Assembly (NCBI RefSeq): GCF_018977255.1
Contig: NW_024704742.1
Coordinates: 62,622,001-62,686,000, forward strand
DNA from: Callorhinchus milii
Taxonomy: Eukaryota
Direction: 5' to 3'
Length of the DNA: 64,000 nucleotides
Shown here one piece after another: positions 12,655 to 25,276 of this stretch (its first letter is position 1; every line of letters starts with the position of its first letter). A program made the position numbers and the translations under genes. Under the pieces are notes generated by a model. That model was given only the letters and a program-made list of their open reading frames with translations, was not told the DNA's origin and ran no database searches.

Positions 12655-13720
12655 ATTTGTGGACTCCTGTTTTTTGATCAGGTTTTTTGGAGCTGAATTG
12701 GCTCCAAGATGACATGTTTGGCAACAGAATGTCGGAATCAAGCCCTCTGTGGTAGTCTCGGTAGTATTCCGAGACCAACGGGTCCACAGTATTCCAGGGC
12801 ACTGTTGATGACAGCACAGCCAACCTGGCTCATCAGCAGGACCTGGAAGGGCAGACCAGTCACTGGGGCCAAAGAACCATGCCACTCAGCTCCTGTTAAC
12901 CCTGCAAACCAAAGCACTAGCAGATAGGGTGGTCCTAGCTGCACAAGCAACAACAACAACAAGATTTCATTTATAGAGCGCCTTTCACGTCGGGAGGACG
13001 TCTCAAGGCACTGGACAGTTGGGTCAGGACCCGAGCAGGGGGGAAATGGTCAGGGTGAGGGGAGGGAAGAGACGGAACAAGGAGGGGGTAGAGAGTCGAG
13101 AGGGGAGCTGAAGGCACGGTCAAAGAGAAAGGTCTTGAGACCGGCCTTGAAGGAAGAAAGGGAGGAAGCGGCGAAGACACTGGGGGATGGAGTTCCAGAG
13201 CCTAGAGGCTGAGAGGCTGAAGGCCCGGCCACCGATGGTAGTGCGGTTGGGGCAGGGGATATGGAGCAGACCGGAGCTAGAGGAACAGAGGGTATGGGCA
13301 GGTAAGTAGGGGAATAGTAGGTCAGAGAGGTAGGAGGGAGCAAGGCTGTGAATGGCTTTGTAGGTGAGGATGAGGATCTTGAATTTGATCCTCTGGGGGA
13401 TGGGAAGCCAGTGGAGGTGAGCGAGGGTGGGAGTGATGTGGTCGCGAAAGCTTGACAGTGCTATCAATTGCAAGCCATGCGATTTTAGCTGGTTGGACTC
13501 CAGCAGTACCCCAACTCTGCGGTCTCCAAGCCTTGGTTCTTGCCAACCTGCGCCTAAAACTTTCCGCAATTAGGTAAGCAGGATGTGTCCTCCAGGGAGA
13601 GAGTGCACATTCCAACAATCTATCTCTGGGATTTCCATGTGTAGTTTCATGGAAATCTCAGCTTGGTTTGGATACTCTTAAGCATGGTCATGGGTTTCCA
13701 CATGTGTAGGAAACCTGGCT
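12655..13720 (+). repeat. Family U, longest copy, split by an L2 insertion
   Basis: 5' part matches 63830-64000 and 33640-33757; 3' part matches 9478-9847 and 22865-23228. Confidence 0.75.
12948..13447 (-). mobile_element. L2 LINE 3' fragment, young subfamily
   Basis: [33 protein letters not shown]; near-identical to 34320-34814. Confidence 0.95.
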
Positions 13721-13955
13721 TTGGTTTGAACAATTAGCAGGAGCTGAGTGGAAAGTATCCCTGCTCCCCATCTTACTGGTCTGTCATCAGCAGCGGCCTT
13801 CTGTATTGCGTACCTGCATGACTCGAGCATTGGAGTATCAGGTCAGTCACAGAGGGTTGTCTCGATCTGACATTCCAATGCCATAACGTATCAACGTGAA
13901 GCCAGCTCTGCTCCAAATATCCTGCCCAAGGAATATTGATACTCCACATGGACCT
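13717..13955 (-). repeat. Family U 5' fragment, inverted
   Basis: Reverse complement aligns with 12660-12915 (TTGGAGC.., GAATGTC, CCCTCTGTG, CTGCTGATGACAG, CACTCAGCTCCTG). Confidence 0.65.
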
Positions 13956-15064
13956 CCAACCTTCCTAATCCAACGTCTCTTTCCTATATCCATCCATTCC
14001 CTTCTCCCAAGTTTCCCCTCAAATGCTTAGACTAAGTTCCAATCTAATTTTTGAATAATGCCATTTGATTAATACTGAATATGATGTGATACTGTGCCAG
14101 GTCTGACTTTGTCCTGAAATATCCTGATGGATTCTCTTTGAAAATATCGAAATGGTTAGTTTTTTTCAAAAAAGGCAACAATCACTATGTAATAATAATC
14201 CTTGCATTTGATACAGCACTTTGATATTGTTGAGACATCTCAAAGTGCTTCACGGAATATATTGTAAAGTGGACTGACTGTGTATTTTGTTGACTCTCTT
14301 TTGAGATGAGTTTATAATGAAATGTTCTATTATAAGAGCACACTAAAGGATTTTCAACACTTAGTAAATAGAGCAAAATAACCCCCATCGTGTTCATTAG
14401 CAAAAAGCAATTTATGCACCAGACAGTCTTTCTCACTGTTATGAACACCTACAAGAGTATCCATCTATTCAGCAATCCTGAACCTGATTAAAATCTTTCC
14501 TTACCATAATTCTCCATTGTGGACATATTATTTAAGAACATGTGAATGAGAGCATACATTACTGGTGAATAATTATTACAGACGCATGACTCTATTGGTG
14601 CAAAGGCAAACCTTCCTCCCATAGCAGAGAACATTAATTACAGTGAAAGGCAGATTTCTCTTAATAAAAATAACTATTTCACAATTTCTGGTGAAAATAA
14701 GGAACGAGTCAGACCACATCCACTCTTGCATTAATTTTACAGGAATTCAGTGATTACAAATTTTAAATGGAATTGCAAAAGTAAACCCAGAACGATATTC
14801 AGACAGCAGAAAAGTTATGATAGGGTTTAGACTTACAAAAGGTAATTTCAGAAAAGTTACCAGGAAGCTTTTCTTTATCCTAAGGCTAATTAACAACTAG
14901 CAAATTAACAGCTGCTGCATTTGCTTAGGTAATACAATTTACAGAAAATCCTCTGAAATGATTTAAGGTGACTGTAAAATATATTATAATAAATGTAAGG
15001 ATTTTATTAACTCTGTGCTGGGCCCTGAGTTCATAGTTCCTGTGTGGGTCTTGATCCAACTGCC

Positions 15065-15590
15065 ATATGACCCAACTCGTGTCCTCTCGTGCACCAGACT
15101 CCGTGACCCCATCACTCCCTCCCTCGCCCAACTCCACTGGCTCCCCATCCCTCAGAGTATCGACTACAAGATCCTCGTCCTCACTTTCAAGGCCATCCAT
15201 GGACCTTGCCCCCTCCTACCTCTCTGACCTGCTGACTCCCTACCAACCTGCCCACTCCCTCCGTTCAGCGGGCTCCGGCCTACTCCATGTCTCCCGCCCG
15301 ACCTGCCCTACCATCGGTGGCTGAGCTTTCAGCCTATCTGCCCCCACACTCTGGAACTCCATCCCACGGTCACTTCACCTCGCTTCCTCCCTTGCCTCCT
15401 TTGAGGCTGGTCTCAAGACCCTCCTCTTCGATCGTGCCTTCAGTTGCCCTCCCACCTCTCTGCCTTCCCTCACCCCTACAGCACCTCTACCCCATGCTCG
15501 GGTCCTGATCCCTGACTGTCCAGCACCTTGGGACGTTCTCCCATCGTGAAAGGCGCTCTATAAATGTAATTTTGTTGTTGTTGTTGTTGA
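15065..15590 (+). mobile_element. L2 LINE 3' fragment
   Basis: [35 protein letters not shown]; 3' stem-loop and (TTG)n. Confidence 0.95.
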
Positions 15591-16887
15591 GGTGAAATTG
15601 TTCCCAAATGAGCCAGACTTAAGGAAGGAAACAGATAAAATGCATCCTTAAAAGATGTCCTTAATAACAAGCCTAGAAGTCAACATCCACACTCTTACCC
15701 TCCTCTTTCTCCAAACCGACTCCCGCCCCCCAGCGACGCTTTGGGTGAATGGTTTGTCCAACCCTGTTGAAAATTCAACTTTAACAATATGCTTTACTTA
15801 GAGAATGAATCATTATTCCCCTTTATAAAAGCAGAAATTCTATCCCACTTCACCAGATATTGGCTTAAAATGTTAGATCCTGTGTAAAGTATAGTGAATG
15901 TTTACCTTGATAACAAAATGCAGAGATCTCAGGTCACTGCCAACCACTTTTGACTTTTGTCATTTCCATTACACCATTGGATTAAACTGGATGTTATAAA
16001 TAGATCCAACTGATAAACTCCCCTGTCTACACACATATACACACCCACACACCGAAACCTAGCGTCCAATATGTGTGTGGTGGGGAGGAAATCATTTAGA
16101 TAAACTGAATAGATCTATAAGAATAGAAGGTTGAAAGCACCACTATGATAGAGGCAGTTATTCCATCTAATGACTCACTGGCTATCTCTCTAATGATGCC
16201 CATTAATCCAAGAGAATTGTTTCTCTCCACAGGCTCAATTTCTATCACATTCCACTTTGGTTTTCCCTTCTCTCAAGCCTATAGTTATAATAGAATTTTA
16301 AAGAAATATCTGGTACAAATCCCTTCAATAAACTTTATTAAAAATACCCCTACGTCTAATTAAATATAAATGTCTTAAAGTTATTTTTTCAGATCTTAAT
16401 TTATGGAAGCCAGCCAGCATCCTGATTGGACAAGATAATCTTTAATATATTTCTGTTCAGGCCCAATCGGCAATGTAATGTCAGAGGCAATTGTCCAAAT
16501 TTCTTCTGTCCAGCATTCTGGCCTCAACCATCCTTCCAGGCAATCCATTCCAGACATTAATCAATCTCTGGGTGAAGAAATACTCTATTTCTGTTGTCTG
16601 TCCTGAAGTTGCCCTTTTCAGCCCTGAATCTGTGTCTATTAGTTTTGTTGCTTTACTGTATCCCTCTATAAATAATAATTGCTGAATTTGATAAAGTGCC
16701 TCATCATATGGCCAGGATGTCTCAAAGCGCTTCACAGCATTTTATTGTGAAGTGTGATGACTGTATTTTTAGGTGAAAGCACCACTATGTGGGGTAGCTC
16801 CTGCTGCAGTTTGTTTGCTGCCTGTGCTCTCTTGGTTCTCGGGCCTGCCCTATTATCTGACATTACAAGACACATACCATGTGATAG

Positions 16888-17045
16888 GTTGCAGCTTGGC
16901 TCAGCTAGTAGCACTCAAACCCCTGAGTCAGAAGGTTGTGGGTTCCACTTGAGCTTGATTTCATCATCTAGGACCAGGTTCACTCTCCAGTGCAGTGGTG
17001 ATGACCTCTGTGTTGTCTAAAGTGCCATATTTCAAATGAGATTTT
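16888..17045 (+). mobile_element. DeuSINE head fragment
   Basis: CAGCTTGGCTCAG..CTGAGTCAGAAGGTTGTGGGTTC head. Confidence 0.6.
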
Positions 17046-17074
17046 TGAAAATGCTTCTCAATTCTATTCTATCC

Positions 17075-20000
17075 TAACCGCCGTGGTGGCGGTGTGGCTC
17101 TCATCTCCTGGTCCCTGCTCGGCCTATCCCCTTATTCCTCTGGAACCTTCCCCTCCTTTGAGCACCTTATCCTTTATCACCCCTCCAAATTTTCCCTCAA
17201 AATTCTCCTTATCTATCGCCCCCCCAAGCCCTCCCTCACCTTCATCCCCGACATCTTCACCCTCCTATCTTCCCTCTCCCTCAGTTCCGAATGTCTCCTA
17301 AACCTCAGCGACTTCAACCTCCACTTCACCCCCTCCTACTCTGCCTCTACTGACTTTTTCTCCCTTATCTCTTCCCTCAATCTCTCCCTCCACATTAACT
17401 CTGCCACCCACGTCCACGGTCACACCCTTGACCTGGTGATCACTCGGGGCCTCAATGTCTTGGACATCACCGTCATCGACAAAGAGATCTCGGACCATTA
17501 CTTCATCTCCCTTAATTCCTCAATCCCTCTCCCCACCACCACCCAACAAAATCTCCCCCCCCCCTCCCACTTGACTGCCTTGGAGTCATCTGAACTCCTT
17601 CCCCTCTGGACTTCCTCCAGCAATGACCTATCCTCCTTGGTCACTTTTCTCCACAGCTCCCTCTCCTCCACTCTCGATTCCCTTGCTCCCCTCTCTTTCC
17701 GAACCATCTCCTATTCACATAAGTCACCATGGTACACCAGCCACCTCCGCTCCCTTAAAGCGCAGGTGCGTGCTGCTGAGCGCACCTGGCTTAAATCAAA
17801 CTTAATGGTCCATCGGCAGAACTGGCTGGACCATATGAAATCCTATCACTCTGCCCTCACCTCCCCTAAATTGTTGTTCTACTCCAAGACAATCTTGGAG
17901 GCTAAGGACACCCCAGGCTCCTCTTCTCCATCACCAACTGGCTCCTCCGTTCAACCTGTCACACCTCGCCCATCCTCACCTCAAATGCCATCTGCGAGGT
18001 GATGCTGGACTTCATCGAATCCAAAGTCGAGGGAATCCACTCAGCTGCCTCTGCAACTGCATCTGCTTCCCTCTATCCATCTCCCCCCCCCCCCCCCCCC
18101 ACCCCCACCCCGGCCCCTACTCATCCCTCCCTCCACACCTTTCAACCTGTTTCTCCTTCCACTCTCATCACCATCAAAACTCACATGAAACTGACCACCT
18201 GCTCACTCGACCCCATCCCTACCCCTCTCCTTACCTCCCAGCTCCACCTCCTTTCCCCTCTACTCACTGACCTCATAAACCTCTCCCTGTCCTCTGGTAC
18301 TGTTCCCATCTCATTAAATACCACCATCATCAATCCTATCCTTAAAAAACCCTCCCTGGACCCATCTCTGCTCCCAAACTACTGCCCCATCTCCAACTTT
18401 CCTTTCTGCTCCAAGGTCCTGGAATGAGTTGTTGATTCTCAGCTGCTCTCCTTCCTCTCCCGCCACTTCCTTCTCAAACCCCTCCAATCAGGTTTCCATG
18501 GTGCCCACAGCACAGAAACAGCCCTGGTCAAAGTGACAAATGACATTCTGTCCATCTGCGACCAGGACTCCATCTGTGACTAGGGCTCACTTCCTCTACC
18601 TCCTCGTCCTCCTTGACCTCTCTGCTGCATTCAACACTGTCGATCACTCTATCCTCATCCACCGCCTCTCCTCTCACCTCAACCTTCACGGCTCTGTCCT
18701 TGACTGGTTCAGATCGTACCGCTTACACCGCCTCCACTTATCTCCACAAACGGTTTCTCCTCTAGCCCCCGCACCATCTTGTGTGGCGTTCCTCAGGGCT
18801 TTGTCCTCGGTCCCCTCCTCTTCAATATATAAATGCTCCCCCTTGTTGACATCATCCACAGACATGGGGTCAACTTCCACATGTATGCGCAGATGACACC
18901 CAACTGTACCTCTCTGCCTACAACCTTGACTCCAGGACCACTGCTGGCTGACAGAATGTCTGTCAGACATTAAGTCCTAACTTCAGTTGAACGTCAACAA
19001 GACCAAGGCTTTCCTGATTGGCTCCCATCAGTGTCTCCATACCTCAGGCGCTGACAGCATCACCATCCATGGTCGCACGCTCCACCTTACTAAACCAGTC
19101 CAGAACCTTGGCATCTTGTTTGACCCTCAACTATCCTTTTTGCCCCACATCTGCGCCATAACCAGCTCTGCCTTGCCCCACCTCTACAACATTGCCCAGC
19201 TCTGCCACCGCAGGCCACCAAAACCCTCATACAAGCTTTAGTTATATCAAGGCTTGACAATGCAAACTCAACAACAAGAACAAAATTACAATTGTAAAGC
19301 GCCTTTTACATTGGGAGGACATCCCAAGGTACTGGACAAATAGAGTTATGAACCCAAGCTGGGGGGCGGTGACAAGGAGGGTGGAGGGCAGGGGGGGAAG
19401 CAGGGAGATCGAAAACACGGTCGAAGAGGAGGGTCTTGAGGTGGATCTTGAAGGTGGCAAGGAAGGGGGTGAGGCGGAGGGACTGCGGGATGGACTTCCA
19501 GAGGGAGGGGGCAGAGTGGCAGAAGGCCCGCCCACCAATAGTGGGGCAAGCAAGTTGGGGGACGTATAGCAGGTCGGAGCCCGCTGACTGGAGGGAGCGA
19601 GCAGGATTGTAAGAGGTTAGGAGGTCGCAGAGGTAGCGGGGAGCAAGACCATGGAGAGCTTTGAAGGTGAGTACTGTACGTTGCTTGTCACCCTCCCCAG
19701 CTCCTCCCTCCATAGGCTGCAGATCATGCAGAACTCTGCAGCCCATGTCCTCTCCCACACTAGACTCCGCGACCCTATCACCCCCATCCTCTCCCAACTC
19801 CACTGGCTTCGCATCACAGAGGATACAGTTCAAGATACAGGTCCTCACCTTCAAAGCCCTCCATGGTATAGCTCCTCCCTGCCTCTGCAACCTCTTAACC
19901 CCCTACCATCCTGCTTGCTCCCTCCGCTAAGCGGGCTCCGGCCTGCTTCACATCCCTGCCTCGCTCGCCTCACTATTGGCGGGCGGACCTTCTGCACTCT

Positions 20001-20238
20001 GACCCCACCCTCTGGAACTCCAACCTGCAGTCCCTCCGCCTCGCTCCTTCCCTTGCCAACTTCAAGACCTATCTCAATACCCTCCTCTTCGACCGTGCTT
20101 TTGATCTTCCTACTTCCTCCCCTGCCCTCCCCGCACCCTGACCCCCAGCTTAGGCCCTAAACTCTGTCTGTCCAGCTCCTTGGGTCGTTCTCCCAAAGTA
20201 AAAGGCGCTTTATAAATGTAATTTTGCTGTTGTTGCTG
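17075..20238 (+). mobile_element. L2 LINE, 5'-truncated within the endonuclease, degenerate EN plus RT, split by an inverted L2
   Basis: GGGVALI, IYRPP, HGHTLDLVITRG, ISDHY (APE endonuclease); [13 protein letters not shown] and a degenerate YADD-like RT motif; (TTG)n tail. Confidence 0.95.
19268..19679 (-). mobile_element. L2 3' fragment nested antiparallel inside an L2
   Basis: LTFKALHGLAPRYL..TIGGRAF on the minus strand, with its tail at 19268. Confidence 0.9.
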
Positions 20239-20534
20239 TTTCTGCTTGCAAAAGCCATCTAAATATCTAACTCTTTCACTTTCCCCCAGAAGCTAGTTGT
20301 GCGTCTGTGCATCTGTCCATTTCATCTGTCTGTAGATGTACCTCTTTGACCGCGATTTTGGTCATCTTTCCCCTCTTTGGTCTCACAGTTTGGGTGCCCA
20401 GCCAGGAGTTTTAAGTGCTTTGAGACGTCCTCCCAATGTGAAGGGTGCTATATATAGGAATATGTAAATTTTATTGCAGTAAGTTGTTGCCAATATTATT
20501 TGCTCTTTGTATGTACACAGTAAATAATAATATG

Positions 20535-20843
20535 ATATAATAATCCTTGTATTTGATATAGCGCTTTTCACGTCTTCTAGAAGTCTTAAAGCGCTTCACA
20601 GAATATGCTGTAAGGTGAATTGACTGTATATTTGTGGGCGAAACGTGGCAGCCAATTGCGCACAGCAGTGTCCCACAAACAGTCATGGATTGAAATGACC
20701 AATTTATTATTGTTTTGTTTTGGAGGGATTATTATTAGGCATGTGGAGTAAGGAAACTTGCCCAAGTTTTCGCCCTGCCTGGAAATGAAACAAGGTGTCT
20801 CACTTGCAAGGCGAGTGCTCTAACCACTGAGTTACAGGACTCC
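20535..20843 (-). mobile_element. SINE family A, full-length short variant
   Basis: Head through tail present. Confidence 0.9.
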
Positions 20844-21099
20844 ACAATATAATGTGACGTGGATGGCAGCTTAATGCAAAAAGCCAGCCGTCCTGTGGGA
20901 AGTGAGCAGGTGTGTTATCAGGGAATTTCTGTTGCAGTGAAGCACATTATAACAGTACTGCACTATATTAATTTGTCTGAGATCTGTCCACCTTGTAAGC
21001 GGAATAACATTAAGAATTCAAGTAGTGAGGGAAAAGACTGGGAAATATATAAACTACTTTACGAAAAAACAAACAAAAAATATAATGCCCTTTATAGTA

Positions 21100-21220
21100 A
21101 TAATAATAATTGTTGCATTTGTTATAGCGCCTCATCACATCTTCTAGACGTCTCAAATCGCTTCACAGAATATACGCTTGCAAGGCGAGTGCTCCAACCA
21201 CAACGCTACATGACTCTTTA
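21100..21220 (-). mobile_element. SINE family A, internally deleted (head joined to tail)
   Basis: CAGAATATAC is joined directly to GCTTGCAAGGCGAGTGCTC. Confidence 0.7.
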
Positions 21221-22474
21221 GTGCTGCAGCAAATGCAATTTGATATCCTAAATCTTGACTTTAAGGACCATTGGTGGTTTGCAACTCAGGAAGTGAAACT
21301 GGTGACACAATACAAAATACTAATTTACACATGTATAGCATCTTTAACGTTGGGAGGATATAGGGGAGATGCTGAAGAGGATGGGGGAGGTGGGTAAAAG
21401 TTGACCAAAAGCACAGTCATAAAGATAGATCGTAAGAGCAGCTTTAAAGGTGGGGAGGGAGGGGCAAAGCAGAGTTACAAAGAGCAGAGGGCAGAATGGC
21501 TGAAAGCTCACCCACTGGTGGTGGTGCGACGGGACATTACGTGGAGAATCAATGGTTCAGGCAAGGACAGCTGAGAGAAAAACATTCAACCTTAATAATT
21601 GTGGAAACAGTTGTGTTATAAGAATGCGATTGTCATCTTCTGATTTTTCTGCTATGACAAGAATTGTTTCCCCCTTCCCTTTCATTCTAGACCCTCGTTT
21701 GCTCCACTATTGTGATTTGAAGGATTTGCTTATCTCCCTGTTTTGAAGCTTAACCAGATGTGCATGTTTATGCATCAGTTGTTCAGTTTGTTACAATTTC
21801 CTTATAATTACAAGAAGTCTGTGTTGATGTCAGCAATTTCTCGAATTCTGCAATTTTATTTTACAACCATTGTTAAATTGCTCAGTCAGTCTTACAATCA
21901 GTTTTCATTGCAGATAGCTTGCCTCATTGAGTTCTGATTGCCTGCTTCCTTTGATGAGAACACATTTGACGCTGGATGGAGCAGGATTTTCAGACGTTTT
22001 ATTGTCACCAGAAAAATATTCTCTCTCACTCTCTCTGCCTTTTGTTGTCATTGCTGTTTTTAACAGACAGCGCTGGGAAAGAAAAAAAATCATGTGCTAC
22101 CTGTACTTCTCCTGTTTCTGCCTGCTGCTTAATTCTACCGCTTATCCACCGTATGTAAGATAGTGCAGACTCATTATGCTGGATGAGAAAATAAATTATG
22201 TTTATTGTAACTTTTGTTTTACAAGTTTTAAAATGATTTTGTCTCACCTTCTTTTGAATTCCCCCTGTACCTCACACCTTTCCTTTCCGTGGTATAGAAC
22301 AGGTTTCTATCAAATCCATATGTGGGCTGAATACATGAGGTGGTCAAGTCAAGATTGTGACCAGTGAAATTAAGAACTTCTTCTCCCAATGGGTTGACAA
22401 CTTGTCAGTGCTGGTCTTAGAGCAAAGTCAATCGGATCATTTAGAAGAAAATTTGACAAGCATATGAAGAGGAT

Positions 22475-22600
22475 TTTTTTTTCGTCAGCCAGGTGTCTTG
22501 ACACATGTGGAAACCCATCCCCATGTGTAAGAGTATCCAAACCAAACTGAGAATTCCATGCATTGAACCTACATATGGAAATTCCAGAGATAGATCATTG
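22475..22600 (-). repeat. Family U 3' end
   Basis: T-run followed by GTCAGCCAGGTGTC..AAGAGTATCCAAACC. Confidence 0.75.
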
Positions 22601-22611
22601 GGGGACCAGGA

Positions 22612-22848
22612 ATTCTGGAACTTCTTCCCTCTACCACTGTCTCACCCCTTCTTTTTCTGTCTTTAAGCCCTGCCTCAAATCCTAACTCTTTGAACACTGC
22701 TGTGGCCACTTCCCTCTCCCACTCGTTTGCTCGGTGTCCAACCCCATTCCTGAGATGGAGTTGGACGCTGAGCAAGGGAGTGGGAGAGGGAAGTGGCCAC
22801 AGTGCTGCTGAGATGTTAACCTATGTGATGGGGCACTTGTTGTTGTTG
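22612..22848 (+). mobile_element. Old L2 3' UTR containing an internal fold-back duplication
   Basis: CTGGAACT..CTCTTTGAAC..TGGCCAC L2 3' motifs, ending in TTGTTGTTG. Confidence 0.6.
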
Positions 22849-22864
22849 AATTCTTCACATTTTG

Positions 22865-23228
22865 GTTCTGTTATCCTTGCAAGCCAAAGCCCTCATGAGT
22901 AGGGTGGTCCTGGTTAGGCAAGCAGTAAGAAGCCTGCCAGATGACATTTTCAGTGGCAAGCCATGCAGTTTTGCCTAGTTCAACTCCAGCAGTAGCCACA
23001 CAAACACTCGGCAGTCCTAAGCCGTCTCTCTTGCCAACCTGTGTTAAATACTTTCAGGATTTAGGTAAGCAGGGTGTGTCCCTCCAGAGAGAGTGCACAC
23101 TCCTTTCTAGACACATGCAAATTTGCATGAGTAGGTGGCATTCATATATAGAACTCTGTCTGGGTTGGATTTTATTAAGGATGGTGAAAGGTTTCTGCAT
23201 GTGTTAGATACCTGGCTGAGCAAAACAA
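22865..23228 (+). repeat. Family U 3' part
   Basis: Colinear with 9478-9847; ends CCTGGCTGAGCAAAACAAA. Confidence 0.75.
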
Positions 23229-23987
23229 ATACAGCACAATGGTTCGATCCAATGCTGGTCAAAGCCTTCAACAACCAATAATATTCATACCTCCTGTTAT
23301 CAATGGGATACTAGCCTACTCTTTACATTCTATGTGTGGTATGCTTTGATGGTTTTAAATGTTTTATTTCTAATGATAAGTTTTTAATGCTTAACAAAGG
23401 GTGCAGGGGGAAGCCAATTCTATTTGCCTGTTGGCTACTGCATGGATCACATCCAAAAGACTTGGGATTCCCCCACTACAAGAGGATAAAGCAGGATGAC
23501 CTTCTGCAGACGTCTTAGTCAAATAGCTGTATTCATTTAACATGTAATTCCTTTAATGAGACCAGTTACAGGATTGGGTATTAGTGGTCCTGAGGGAGAT
23601 CAGACTTAATTAAATGGAATTTATACATTGACAGCATTTTACCTCCAGTTTGAATGTAAATGTAAAGCTTATCAGCGAACACAGTAAAAACCTAAGCAAT
23701 GTCAAACGTAGCAACTGATTACATTTGTTAGATGTGGTGGTTGTAATGGCTTTTTCTCCGTTAAATACACCGTTAAGTTAAGCTTCTTGTCAAGATTAGC
23801 CTCATTTGTCAAAGAAGCGGACAATTTCAAGAAACATAATCATTTGATCAGCTTCCAATATCTCGGTCAATGGCAGTACAAAACCACGTGCACAAGTTAA
23901 ACAGGTTGATGCCTTTTACTTCCCATAATGCTCATTGAAACTTTGGAGGAAATACCCACAAAGATCACCACATTTAACACCTGGAGG

Positions 23988-24150
23988 ATAATAATAATAA
24001 TAATCCTTGCATTTGATATAGCGCTTCACAGAATAGACTGTAAAGTGAATTGACCGTATATTTGTGGGCGAAACGCGGCAGCCAATTGCGCACAGCAGTG
24101 TCCCACAAACAGTCGTGGATTGAAAATGACCAATTTATTATTGTTTTGTT
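23988..24150 (-). mobile_element. SINE family A, 3' half
   Basis: Highly similar to 578-771. Confidence 0.85.
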
Positions 24151-24319
24151 ATGTGATTATTTGTTATGTAATGGATGTGATGCATTCATTTGGTTAGACC
24201 TGCTGACACATGTGAAGATGTGACATTTACTATTATAATGTCAGAGGAGAGTAAGGACAATGATCCTTGCATTTCATATACCATGTATTCTGTTGTAATG
24301 TCTTAAAAACATCCACCAG

Positions 24320-24712
24320 GTGTCAGCTTGGCTCAGTTGGTAGCACTCTTGCCTCAGAAGATGTGGTTGAAGCTCTACATCTAGACTTTGAACTGATATG
24401 GTGTAGGCTGCCACTCCATTGCAGTGCCAGGCATTGCTGGGAATGTCATCCTACAGATGAGTCATAAAACCAAGGTCCCACCTGGCTCTTCAGGTGGACG
24501 TTAGAAATCCCTATGGCACTAGAGAAGGGAGTTTCTTCCAGTGTCCTGGTCAACAGTCTCCCAAATAAAATTAGTCATTCATGTGATGGCTATTTGTGGG
24601 ACATTGCTGTGTTAGATGCCTTGTAGTCACTACACTTCAGAGGGAATATTGTGAAGTGCTTTGAGACATCTCAATGATTTGATAAGTTACTGTATCAAAT
24701 ACAAGGATTACT
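24320..24712 (+). mobile_element. DeuSINE-like element, near full-length
   Basis: Head TCAGCTTGGCTCAGTTGGTAGCACTCTTGCC, Deu core and L2-type tail. Confidence 0.75.
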
Positions 24713-25276
24713 AAGAATCCTTCATTGACACTATTCAATAAAAGTCAAAAGGATGCTGTTTCGATTTTCGCTCCTTCGAAAGTTGATTGTGAAGTTATTG
24801 TTTTGAGCTGGGACCATTTCCAATGCAAAACTGTTTAGTGAAATACTATCAGAGTTTGCAATAAAATGTTGTAAACTGATATTAAACAGGAACATTACTT
24901 ATAAAAGAAGATGGATATGTGGCAGATTTATATTTAGTAATGTCAGAGAGCAAGAGCCTTCCATTGCTATATAGGATGCAACAAGCATAAAGGACATGAT
25001 GAATAGCCTTGTTACTCTTCCTGATTGAAATGCTTAACCAATGTCTTATCTAAACGCATAATTACCTCTGTCAAACTAGAGAATGGTGTTGTTGATGATG
25101 ACTTTCGTTTCACAGTGACATCAATTACAGTGTAAAAAGATATAAAATTATTTCACACCAAGATTTTGAATGATGTTACATACTTATCTGGAATACCACA
25201 CTTGAATATTAACACAAGACTATGTATTTATGTTAGGAAATGAATGAAAAACATACTTTGCATTGTTGCGCTTTAA

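Noticed and set aside
12800..12845. Hammerhead ribozyme (CTGATGA-like core in family U)
   Set aside because: The motif pairs with TCATCAGCAG in a simple stem; I could not find a correctly placed GAAA and stems I-III.
12655..13720. Family U as telomerase RNA, 7SK or 7SL retrocopy
   Set aside because: No CTAACCCTAA template and no recognisable 7SK or 7SL motifs by eye; an Rfam search is still needed.
17094..18002. 302-aa ORF as a domesticated endonuclease
   Set aside because: Part of a decayed L2 with a missing N-terminus, altered motif (SDFN for GDFN) and downstream stops and frameshifts.
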